DNA of 64,000 bases from an uncultured Eubacteriales bacterium (lineage in GTDB: Bacteria; Bacillota; Clostridia; Oscillospirales; Acutalibacteraceae): NCBI GenBank assembly GCA_900318495.1, contig ONLA01000025.1:1971-65970 (forward strand), written 5' to 3'. The position numbers and the translations under genes were made by a program. Below are positions 47,774 to 56,430 of the stretch, piece by piece (position 1 is the stretch's first letter; each line of letters begins with the position of its first letter). The notes below the pieces were generated by a model. That model was not told the origin of the DNA. It saw nothing but the letters and a program-made list of their open reading frames with translations, and made no database searches.

Positions 47774-48358
47774 ATGAAAGACAATATGATTAACAGAGAA
47801 AACCTTATGAACGAAAACACAACAAACATCGAAAAGACCGTGAGCGATGAACTCAAGAATAAAAGAAACGCTCAAAGACACGCGGCTGCCAAAAAGTCAA
47901 GAACGGCTACTATAACAGCTATCGCGGCGGTCGCTTTGGCAACAGTTACCGCGGCAACAATAATGGTTTTCGCGAGCTGCGGTTCAAACAAGACTTCAGA
48001 TAAAAAGGCTACCACAGCTCCAACAACGGTAGCGGTAACTACAGTGGCGGCGACAAACAACGCGGCAGGCAACGCTCAAAGCAACGTTGACAACGGAGAC
48101 AACGGTCAGTATAACACAGTGGCTCCTTACAACGAGTCAGCTCAGCAGAATCAGCAGTCACAGCAAGTTCAGCAGAGTCAGCAGAGCCAGCAGAGCCAGC
48201 AGGTTCAGCAGAGTCAGCAGTCACAGCAGGACGACAGCCAGGACAACACGGTAGCTCCCTACAATGAGTCAGCTCAGCAGAGTCAGCAGAGTCAGCAGAG
48301 CCAGCAGAGCCAGCAGGACGATGTTGAGTACAACACCGTAGCTCCCTTCGAAGGCTGA
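47774..48358 (+). CDS. Membrane-anchored/lipoprotein with Gln-rich repeats and three NTVAP(Y/F) motifs
   Basis: TM plus FASC, (QQS)n 9-bp tandem repeats, terminator at 48374-48406. Confidence 0.75.
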   Translation: MKDNMINRENLMNENTTNIEKTVSDELKNKRNAQRHAAAKKSRTATITAIAAVALATVTAATIMVFASCGSNKTSDKKATTAPTTVAVTTVAATNNAAGNAQSNVDNGDNGQYNTVAPYNESAQQNQQSQQVQQSQQSQQSQQVQQSQQSQQDDSQDNTVAPYNESAQQSQQSQQSQQSQQDDVEYNTVAPFEG

Positions 48359-48412
48359 TAAATAAAAAGCAATACTCCCGGTGGATTATCCCGCCGGGAG
48401 TTTTTTGTGGTA

Positions 48413-49372
48413 TTACCAGTTATTGTAATGTCCGTTTTTTATGATTGCGGGATAGTCCTTGTAAACATAGTTTTTATCAACCACGCCTACACCCGAAATA
48501 TTCGGGGATTCAATAAAGTTAACCTCGCCGCCGTACTGCCACATTCCGAGGTTGTTCTTTGTGTAATCGCAGGTTGAGTTCCACTGGGCGAGCCACATAT
48601 CATATTTTGGAAGGATTGTGCTGTTGTTAAGAATATTGTTCATCCAGCTGAGGTTGCTGTACAGTATGGGATAGTAACCTGCTTTTTCAATTTCGGTCAA
48701 AAAGGTTTCGCAAATTTTAACAAGCATACTGTTTGACGGCATTCCGTAGCGCTGCTTGTAGCCGTCGCCGTCCTCCATATCAAAAGCGACCGGCATAGTC
48801 GGCTTCTTGTTTTTTAACAGCCTTTTAACGTGGGCAACCTCGCTTTTGGCTTCGGTCAGGTTAAGCGCGTAGGAATAAATATAAACTCCCCACGGAATTC
48901 CGGCAGCCTCGCATTTTGCCACGTTTTCCTCAAAACGGCTGTCGTCCTGATTGGTGTAATCATCGCCGAAGCCGCAGCGTATCATTACAAAGTCATAGCC
49001 TGCCGAGGTTATTTTCGACATATTAACCGACCCGTTGTTTGACGAAATGTCAACGCCCTTTTTGCAGGTTATAGGTGTGTAGATTCCGCCGATAATTTTC
49101 TGAAGCATTGTGCAGTCTACAATATCGACCACACCGTCATAATTGACATCCGCCTTAACCTTTTGGTCGGCGTTAAGCGAAAAGCAGTTTGCAAGGCTTT
49201 TTTGAAGATATGTGCAGTCGTCAATTTTTATTGTGCCGTCAAGGTCAACGTCGCCGATTTTGTAAATGTCCTCAAAGCCCACCGCGCCCGCAGCGGCAGC
49301 CGACGAAAAAACAAGGGTTATACAGCTTAGCGCCGCGCAAAGCTTTCGAATAATGTATGCTTTGGTTTTCAT
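48413..49372 (-). CDS. Dockerin-bearing GH25 lysozyme/muramidase
   Basis: Signal peptide, GDVDLDG..../DVNYDG dockerin pair, GVDIS, GVYIYSYA, FDMED, MWQY. Confidence 0.88.
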   Translation of the reverse strand: MKTKAYIIRKLCAALSCITLVFSSAAAAGAVGFEDIYKIGDVDLDGTIKIDDCTYLQKSLANCFSLNADQKVKADVNYDGVVDIVDCTMLQKIIGGIYTPITCKKGVDISSNNGSVNMSKITSAGYDFVMIRCGFGDDYTNQDDSRFEENVAKCEAAGIPWGVYIYSYALNLTEAKSEVAHVKRLLKNKKPTMPVAFDMEDGDGYKQRYGMPSNSMLVKICETFLTEIEKAGYYPILYSNLSWMNNILNNSTILPKYDMWLAQWNSTCDYTKNNLGMWQYGGEVNFIESPNISGVGVVDKNYVYKDYPAIIKNGHYNNW

Positions 49373-49384
49373 AAAATTCTCCTT

Positions 49385-49480
49385 TATACTAATTCCTGAT
49401 AGAAAGTAGACTTATATTTTGCGAGGATATTTTTCGCAAGACAAGGCGAAGGACGCGGCAAGGCTGGCGCCTTGCAAGGA
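49385..49480 (+). mobile_element. MITE family 1, copy F (half element, truncates a dockerin, abuts RBS of GH25 gene)
   Basis: Identical to 1475-1568 plus GA. Confidence 0.85.
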
Positions 49481-50731
49481 TCCGGTTAATACTAAATCTC
49501 TGTTGTCTATGGTTTTATCGCGGTTGACGTCCGATGATTTTATGTGAATTCCGTTTTCTTCCGTGTTGCCGGAAAGATAACTCATAAGTAATTCGGCGTC
49601 GGCGGAATTTACCGCGCCGTTGCGGTTTGAATCGCCCGTCAAAACTATTTCAAAACGATTGTTGCCGGTATGGGCGAAGTAGCCGGACTTGATTTTCCCC
49701 TTTGTAACAGCGGTGCCGTCAGCGTCTGTAACAGCTGTCACCTGCCTGTAATTTGATTTGAACTTTGAAACCGAAACCGGAGCTTCACAGATTACAGTGC
49801 TGCCGTCATAGAATGTCAGCTCGTTCACCGCGGATTTTTGCTCCGCGGTTGCAGATGACGCTTTGCCGCGTTCCGGAACTGAATTACGGCTTTCCGGCGC
49901 GGTGCCGGGGCTTACGTCGGGTGATGTTACGGTAACGCTGCAGTCGCTGTTGAGCAGCGCTGTTTGTTCACCAAGCGCGGCAAATTGGATACCGCCGTTT
50001 CCGGTAAGGTCTCCGCGTGGCGTTTTAACGCAGAATTTTGAATTAGAGTAGCTTAAGCTGCCGTCGGACAAGGATATAAGGCATCCGTCTTCGGAATAAA
50101 TATAGCCGTCGCCCGCGTTATAAAAAGCGGTGTGCTTTGCAAGCGCCGCGCATTTAACCTTGCTTGTTCCGGACAGCCGGAATATTTCGCCGGAATTGGC
50201 TTTTACATAAATTTTATTCGCGTTTACAAACAGTTGTTCAACGCCTTTGGGTACGGAATAAGAACTCAGTTTTTCACCGCCGAATTTATAGCGTGAAACA
50301 GACGATACTTCCCGTCCGTTAATCGTTAAAAACACTTCTCCGCCGCTCGCGGCAAAGGAATAGTAAAGAATTTTGTCGGCTTTTTGAAATTCGCAGTAAT
50401 CGCATTTTCCGCTGTTCATATTCATACGTACTACGTTGTAGGTTTTGCTTTTTTCATAAAGCGCATAGGCGTTGTCGTTGTCGTGGCAGACCGCGCGGAT
50501 TACGCCGTCAACCGTAATATAGCGTAAAATATATGACGGTAACACCTTGGCGCTGTACAGAGTGTAATTGCTGTAGCCGAAAAAATAAGCGCCGCCGCGG
50601 CAGTTGTAGGAATAAAATTTGCGGCAGCTTTTAAGACCGCTGTCAAAAGTGTTTGACTGAGCGCTTGCGGCAGAGGCGGACAACATTACAATCAGCGCTG
50701 TTAAAATCACGCATATCGTCAATTTATACAT
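49412..50731 (-). CDS. Secreted protein with C-terminal dockerin; last 22 aa MITE-derived
   Basis: Signal peptide; GDSNRNG.VNSADA and DVNRDKTIDNRD repeats. Confidence 0.75.
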   Translation of the reverse strand: MYKLTICVILTALIVMLSASAASAQSNTFDSGLKSCRKFYSYNCRGGAYFFGYSNYTLYSAKVLPSYILRYITVDGVIRAVCHDNDNAYALYEKSKTYNVVRMNMNSGKCDYCEFQKADKILYYSFAASGGEVFLTINGREVSSVSRYKFGGEKLSSYSVPKGVEQLFVNANKIYVKANSGEIFRLSGTSKVKCAALAKHTAFYNAGDGYIYSEDGCLISLSDGSLSYSNSKFCVKTPRGDLTGNGGIQFAALGEQTALLNSDCSVTVTSPDVSPGTAPESRNSVPERGKASSATAEQKSAVNELTFYDGSTVICEAPVSVSKFKSNYRQVTAVTDADGTAVTKGKIKSGYFAHTGNNRFEIVLTGDSNRNGAVNSADAELLMSYLSGNTEENGIHIKSSDVNRDKTIDNRDLVLTGSLQGASLAASFALSCEKYPRKI

Positions 50732-50888
50732 ATAACCACCATTTTTTGATTATAACATAAAAAACGTATCTTGCGTTTATTATAACATAAAACAGGATGT
50801 TGATATACATAAATTGGAAATGTGATAATTATTCACATAACACCCTCCGTATGATAATCTCACGGAGGGTGTTAAGCTTTAGAAAAAA

Positions 50889-52268
50889 TTAGTTTTCAGG
50901 TACGTTGGGGAGTGCGGAAAGGCTTTTTTCAAGCTCCTCGTCAGTCGGAATTTGGTCGGTCATAAGTCCGTCGTGGAACTTTTCGTAAGCTACCATATCA
51001 AAGTAGCCTGTGCCTGTAAGACCGAATACAATTGTTTTTTCTTCGCCGGTTTCCTTGCACTTGAGCGCTTCGTTAATAGCTACGCGGATAGCGTGGCTCG
51101 ATTCGGGAGCAGGGAGAATACCCTCGACGCGCGCGAACTGTTCCGCGGCTTCGAATACCGAAGTCTGCTCAACCGACACGGCTTCCATAAATCCGTCGTG
51201 ATACAGCTGTGAAAGCGTTGAGCTCATTCCGTGATAACGCAGACCGCCTGCGTGGTTAGCGGACGGAATAAAGCTGCTGCCCAGTGTGTACATCTTCGCC
51301 AGCGGACAAACCATTCCTGTGTCGCAGAAGTCGTAAGCGTACTTACCTCTTGTGAAGCTCGGGCAGGAAGCAGGTTCAACCGCGATAATTCTGTAATCGG
51401 CTTCGCCTCTGAGCTTTTCACCCATAAACGGAGCAATCAGTCCGCCAAGATTTGAACCGCCGCCCGCGCAGCCGATAATCATATCGGGCTTAATGCCGTA
51501 TTTGTCGAGCGCTGCTTTGGTTTCAAGACCGATAACGCTCTGGTGGAGCAACACCTGGTTGAGCACACTGCCCAAAACATAACGGTAGCCTTCGCTTCCC
51601 ACCGCGACCTCGACAGCCTCTGAAATAGCGCAGCCGAGGCTTCCTGTTGTACCGGGATGCTCCGCCAGAATCTTTTTGCCGATTTGTGTTGTTTCGGACG
51701 GCGAAGGAGTTACGCTTGCGCCGTAGGTTCTCATTACCTCGCGGCGGAAGGGCTTTTGCTCGTAGCTTACCTTAACCATAAACACCTTGCAGTCAAGGCC
51801 AAAGTATGAACACGCCATTGAAAGCGCGGTGCCCCACTGACCTGCTCCGGTTTCGGTAGTAACGCCCTTTAAGCCCTGCTTTTTGGCGTAGTAAGCCTGG
51901 GCGATAGCTGAGTTGAGCTTGTGGCTTCCGCTTGTGTTGTTGCCTTCAAACTTATAATAAATTTTTGCGGGCGTGTCAAGCGCTTTTTCAAGAAAATATG
52001 CCCTGATAAGCGGAGAAGGACGGTACATTTTGTAAAAGTTTTGAATTTCCTCGGGAATGTCAATGTAAGCGTCGGTGTTGTTTAGCTCCTGAGCAACAAG
52101 CTCCTCACAAAAAACAGGCGCAAGCTCTTCGGCTGTCATCGGCTTTAATGTGCCGGGATTCAGCAGCGGAGCAGGCTTGTTTTTCATATCGGCGCGCATG
52201 TTGTACCATTGCTTTGGAATCTCGTTTTCTTGCAGATAAATTTTGTAGGGAATTTTTTGTTCTTGCAT
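50889..52268 (-). CDS. trpB2: Stand-alone tryptophan synthase beta chain, TrpB2 type
   Basis: IPKQWYN, SGSHKLNSA, TTETGAGQWG, HAGGLRYHG; ~459 aa; no trpA adjacent. Confidence 0.92.
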   Translation of the reverse strand: MQEQKIPYKIYLQENEIPKQWYNMRADMKNKPAPLLNPGTLKPMTAEELAPVFCEELVAQELNNTDAYIDIPEEIQNFYKMYRPSPLIRAYFLEKALDTPAKIYYKFEGNNTSGSHKLNSAIAQAYYAKKQGLKGVTTETGAGQWGTALSMACSYFGLDCKVFMVKVSYEQKPFRREVMRTYGASVTPSPSETTQIGKKILAEHPGTTGSLGCAISEAVEVAVGSEGYRYVLGSVLNQVLLHQSVIGLETKAALDKYGIKPDMIIGCAGGGSNLGGLIAPFMGEKLRGEADYRIIAVEPASCPSFTRGKYAYDFCDTGMVCPLAKMYTLGSSFIPSANHAGGLRYHGMSSTLSQLYHDGFMEAVSVEQTSVFEAAEQFARVEGILPAPESSHAIRVAINEALKCKETGEEKTIVFGLTGTGYFDMVAYEKFHDGLMTDQIPTDEELEKSLSALPNVPEN

Positions 52269-52304
52269 TTCTATAACCTCCATATAATATAATTTATACT
52301 ATTC

Positions 52305-52346
52305 TTTAGGCAATCCGCACACCTGAATTATGCGGTATTGCCTTAA
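52305..52346 (-). repeat. Palindromic repeat family 2
   Basis: TTTAGGCAATCCGCACACCTGAATTATGCGGTATTGCCTTAA. Confidence 0.8.
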
Positions 52347-52423
52347 TTTTCAGCAAAAATAATTTTGCCTAAACCAATATGCCTATAATAAACGCGATAA
52401 GCTGAGCAAGGCTTTATAAAAAC

Positions 52424-52688
52424 AAAAAACCTGTCCCGGCTAAAACTGCCGGGACAGGATAAATTCCTGCGGTGCCACCCTGCTTGACGCGTTTGCGTCC
52501 ACTTAACGTGTACTGACATACACTGACCTTTGGTTACGGAAAGTCCAGTTCCGTCTTACATACTCTGCACAGGCATTTCTGTTCGCCCTCGGAAGTCCAT
52601 TCAGCTTTACGTTCTCTGCCGCGATTCCACCGTCCGCAGCTCTCTGAAAGAGAAGAGGTGAAGCTTACTTACTCTTCCTCATCGGTTT
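52424..52688 (-). ncRNA. Trp-specific T-box riboswitch leader of trpB2
   Basis: AGAGA box, GGUGGAA, specifier GAA-UGG-A (52597-52599), T-box GGGUGGCACCGC (52469-52480), terminator 52430-52458 with U-tract. Confidence 0.9.
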
Positions 52689-52694
52689 AGTTGA

Positions 52695-52723
52695 ATTATA
52701 CTCCGCATTTTTTTCTTTGTCAA
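52695..52723 (-). promoter_or_regulatory. Consensus SigA promoter of T-box/trpB2
   Basis: TTGACA-17 bp-TATAAT on minus strand. Confidence 0.85.
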
Positions 52724-52770
52724 TAATTAAAATGCAATTTTGTGTATTTTGCAATAATTTTTTATGGGAT

Positions 52771-52960
52771 ATCATCGCATATAATGCTGTCGGTGAATAT
52801 TTTTACCGTTAACAATAACGTTGTAACAGGCGGTCAAAAGTGCCCGCCGGCAATATGTTGCTTAAATGAAAATCAGCATTATAACACCGCCGTAAATCAT
52901 TTTTACCGTTAACAAAAACGTTATAGTAGGCGGTCAAAAGTGCCCGCCGGCACTATTGTT
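52771..52960. repeat. Tandem duplication with exact 100-bp period
   Basis: 52799-52852 vs 52899-52952 identical at 50/54; flanks weakly similar. Confidence 0.85.
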
Positions 52961-54077
52961 CGCTGTAGTTGCCTAAGAAGCTGAACTCGGGCATTTCTTC
53001 GCTGAGCTGGCTTAACAGGTCAATAACATTGTTGTTGTGAGCGTTGCCTGAAAAATCGAGGTAGAAAAGATACTCAAAATCTTTTGCCGCAATGGGGCGC
53101 GACTCAATTTTTGTAAGGTTAAAGCCCAGCGAATTAAACCGGCAGAGCAGGCTGTACAGCGAGCCTGTGACGTGCGGAAGCGAGAAGCACAGGCTGATTT
53201 TGTTGGCGTTGTGGCTGATATACAGCTTTTTTGAGATTACGATGAACCTTGTCGCGTTGTACGGATTATCCTGCAGGTGCGTGTCAAGAATTTTCAATCC
53301 GTATTCCTCAGCGGCTTTACGCGAACAAATTGCCGCGAGGTTAAGCCGCTTTTCTTTCATAACTTCACGCGCGGCAACAGCGGTATTAGCTCCGGGAACA
53401 GTTGAAAAACCGTGTGCGGAGCAGTATTCCGAGCATTGTGAAAGCGCCTGGGGATGCGACGTGACGATTTCAATGTCGGAAAGCTGAGATTGCTTAAGTC
53501 CTGCAAGACAATGGTCTATCGGCATTTCCAGAGCGCCGACGATGTAAAAACGGTATTGCAGGATTAAATCATACACAGCCGAAACCGAGCCTGCAGTTGA
53601 GTTTTCAACGGGCAAAATTCCAAAGGTTGCTTCCGAGTTGTTCACTGCTTCAAAAACATCGCCGAAGGTTTTATAGCTTTTAAGCGCGGCTTCGGGAAAA
53701 AGCCTGCCTGCCGCCTCGTGGCTGTTGGCTCCCTTGATTCCCTGATAAGCAACGGTGATGTTTTCCGAAGGCAATACCGGCGCGTTGTGTATTTTGTCGC
53801 GAAGCTCCCTGCCGCTGCAAACAATGTTGTGCTGTAAAGCGCGGCTAAGCTCCATTATGTTTGTAAAAAGCAGACGCGCGTACAATCCGTATTCGTCTCC
53901 TTTTTTCTGAATATCATCCAAAATCTCATTCTCGCGCTGCTGGTTAAGCACGGGAATGTTGTTTTCAAGTTTATAGTAACCGACTTCCTTGGCGCAGTCC
54001 ATACGCATTTTGAAAAGCGTTATCAGCTCGTCGTCGATTCTGTCAATTTCATCTCTGATTTCGCTTAAATCCCTCAT
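52953..54077 (-). CDS. pheA: Chorismate mutase / prephenate dehydratase
   Basis: R.EIDRID, PVENS..GSV, SHPQAL.QC, TRF, LTKIESRP. Confidence 0.93.
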   Translation of the reverse strand: MRDLSEIRDEIDRIDDELITLFKMRMDCAKEVGYYKLENNIPVLNQQRENEILDDIQKKGDEYGLYARLLFTNIMELSRALQHNIVCSGRELRDKIHNAPVLPSENITVAYQGIKGANSHEAAGRLFPEAALKSYKTFGDVFEAVNNSEATFGILPVENSTAGSVSAVYDLILQYRFYIVGALEMPIDHCLAGLKQSQLSDIEIVTSHPQALSQCSEYCSAHGFSTVPGANTAVAAREVMKEKRLNLAAICSRKAAEEYGLKILDTHLQDNPYNATRFIVISKKLYISHNANKISLCFSLPHVTGSLYSLLCRFNSLGFNLTKIESRPIAAKDFEYLFYLDFSGNAHNNNVIDLLSQLSEEMPEFSFLGNYSEQ

Positions 54078-54085
54078 TAAATCCC

Positions 54086-55156
54086 TCACAAAATATTCAT
54101 AAGCGCAATTGCTGCCGCGGCTTCAATAACCGGAACGGCGCGCGGTACAATGCACGGGTCGTGTCTGCCTTTAATTTCAAGCTCGTCGTTTTGCAAAGAG
54201 GTAAGATTAACGGTTTTTTGCTTTTGCGCAATGGACGGCGTTGGCTTAACGGCAGCGCGGAAAATAACCGGCATACCGTTTGTAATGCCGCCCAAAATGC
54301 CGCCGCAGTTGTTGGTTTCGGTAACAACCTTGCCGTCTTTAATACGGAATTCGTCGTTGTTTTGCGAGCCTCTCATCGTGGCAGCTTCAAAGCCCGAGCC
54401 GAATTCTATGCCCTTTACGGCAGGAATACCGAATACCGCCTTTGCGATTACCCCCTCGACGCCGTCAAACATCGGTTCGCCGAAGCCTGCCTTAACGCCG
54501 GTCACAGCGCACTCAATTACACCGCCTACGCTGTCAAGCCGGGTTCTCGCGTTTTCAACCTCGCGCCTCATTTCAGCCTCCGCGCTTTGGTCAATAAGCG
54601 AAAAAGAGGAGTTGCTCAGGCGTTCCATCAAACCGCCGTCAATGCTTACGGGATTGAACTTTTTGTCGTTAACCATTCCTATGCTTTGTATGTGAGCGGC
54701 AATTTTGACGCCCTTTTCTTCCAAAATCTGCCGGCATACAGCTCCGGCAAAAACAACAGGCGCGGTTAGTCTGCCGGAAAAGTGTCCGCCGCCGCGTATG
54801 TCGTTCGCACCGCCGTATTTTACAAACGCCGCGTAATCGCTGTGTCCCGGGCGCGGACGCTCAAGCAGATTGCCGTAATCGCCGGAACGCGTGTTGGTGT
54901 TTTTGATAACAGCGCAAAGCGGAGCGCCTGTCAGGGTGTTTTCGAGCATACCCGAAATGATTTCAGGCAAATCGCTTTCACGGCGGGGAGTTGAAGTTTT
55001 GTCCCTGCCGGGAGCGCGTCTTGCCATTTGGGCAAGTACTTTGTCAAAATCAACGGTGAAGCCTGCCGGCAGCCCGTCAATGACTACTCCTATTCCTCCG
55101 CCGTGGCTTTCGCCGAAAACCGAAATTTTTAATTTATCTCCGAATGTTGACGACAT
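54086..55156 (-). CDS. aroC: Chorismate synthase
   Basis: FGESHG, RPGHSD, GGGHFSGRLT, GRHDPC. Confidence 0.95.
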   Translation of the reverse strand: MSSTFGDKLKISVFGESHGGGIGVVIDGLPAGFTVDFDKVLAQMARRAPGRDKTSTPRRESDLPEIISGMLENTLTGAPLCAVIKNTNTRSGDYGNLLERPRPGHSDYAAFVKYGGANDIRGGGHFSGRLTAPVVFAGAVCRQILEEKGVKIAAHIQSIGMVNDKKFNPVSIDGGLMERLSNSSFSLIDQSAEAEMRREVENARTRLDSVGGVIECAVTGVKAGFGEPMFDGVEGVIAKAVFGIPAVKGIEFGSGFEAATMRGSQNNDEFRIKDGKVVTETNNCGGILGGITNGMPVIFRAAVKPTPSIAQKQKTVNLTSLQNDELEIKGRHDPCIVPRAVPVIEAAAAIALMNIL

Positions 55157-55160
55157 ACCG

Positions 55161-56423
55161 TCACTCCTTAAACTCTGCTTTTCCTCCGGCCTTGGCGTAA
55201 TCCTCATAAAAATCAGGATAACTTTTGTTAACGCTGAGCGCGTCGGAGCAGATTATTTCACCGTCGCAGCAAGCGGCGCACACTGCCGCGGACATAACAA
55301 TTCTGTGGTCGTTGTGTCCGTTAGCTTTGCCGCCGTTTAGCTTTGCGGCGCCTTCAATTTCAAGACCGTCCTCAAGCCCGGTTACCTTTGCCCCCAGCTT
55401 GCTCAGAAGCTCTGCCGTGGTTTTAAGGCGGTCGCTTTCCTTTATTCTTAGCCTTTCGGCGTCGTAAATTCTTGTTGTTCCTTTGGCAAACGCGGCGCAC
55501 ACCGCAAGCACGGGCACAAGGTCGGGAATGTTTTTAGCGTCGATGTTAACCGCCGAAAGCTCCGACTTTCTGACAGTAATTTTTGACGCGTCCTGAATAA
55601 TCTCAGCGCCGAAATCGCGCAGAAGCTCCGCGATTTTTCTGTCGCCCTGAGCCGAATCTGTGTTAACTCCGTCAACCGTAACCTCGCCGCCGATTGCTCC
55701 GGCAACCATATAAAACGCCGCCTGAGACCAGTCGCCGTCCGTTTTGTAATCGGACGGAATATAGTGCTGACAGCCCCTGATATGCCAGCCTGTGTCTGTG
55801 GCGTCAACCTCAATTCCGAAGTGCGCCATGGTGCGTATCGTCATATTAATGTAACCTACACTCTGAACAGGGGAGGTCAGTATAATGTCGCTGTCATGTT
55901 TGAGCAGCGGCAGGGCGAATAAAAGCCCTGAGATAAACTGCGAGCTGACATTGCCGGGAACCCGGAAAACTCCGCCTTTTAGCTTGCCGCTTACCGTCAG
56001 CGGAAGTCCGCTGTCACGGTCAAAGTTAACGCCTGCCTTCGGCAGTGCTTCGGTATAAATTCCGATGGGACGCTCGGGCAGTCTTCCGTTGCCGTTAAAC
56101 GTCGCGGTAACGCCTCCGGCGGCGGCAACGGGTATCATAAAGCGAAGGGTGCTGCCGCTTTCGCCGCAGTCAAGCCGGGCGGTTTTGTTTTCAAACATAC
56201 GGCTTCCGTCGATTGTCAGCACTCCGCCGTCAATTTTTGACGAAGCTCCGAGCGATTCAACGCAGCGTATGGTTGCCTTAATATCCTCCGACAGCGCGAC
56301 CGGGGATATTGTGCAGACTCCCTTTGACAGCGCCGCGCAAATTATCGCGCGGTGAACGTCGCTTTTTGAAGGCGGTGCTTTAACTGTGCCGCACGGTGTG
56401 AACGGCTTGAAAATTACGTCCAT
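55161..56423 (-). CDS. aroA: EPSP synthase
   Basis: PSKS..HR, GESGSTLRF, SSQFISG, KESDR, DHRI.M. Confidence 0.95.
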   Translation of the reverse strand: MDVIFKPFTPCGTVKAPPSKSDVHRAIICAALSKGVCTISPVALSEDIKATIRCVESLGASSKIDGGVLTIDGSRMFENKTARLDCGESGSTLRFMIPVAAAGGVTATFNGNGRLPERPIGIYTEALPKAGVNFDRDSGLPLTVSGKLKGGVFRVPGNVSSQFISGLLFALPLLKHDSDIILTSPVQSVGYINMTIRTMAHFGIEVDATDTGWHIRGCQHYIPSDYKTDGDWSQAAFYMVAGAIGGEVTVDGVNTDSAQGDRKIAELLRDFGAEIIQDASKITVRKSELSAVNIDAKNIPDLVPVLAVCAAFAKGTTRIYDAERLRIKESDRLKTTAELLSKLGAKVTGLEDGLEIEGAAKLNGGKANGHNDHRIVMSAAVCAACCDGEIICSDALSVNKSYPDFYEDYAKAGGKAEFKE

Positions 56424-56430
56424 AGTTACC

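Noticed and set aside
48140-48320. Short tandem repeats resembling an array
   Set aside because: They are in-frame 9-bp repeats encoding QQS within a CDS.
52799-52952. Possible mini-CRISPR (54-bp repeat, 46-bp spacer)
   Set aside because: Only two units, the repeat is too long, the spacer is itself similar to the flank, and there are no cas genes.
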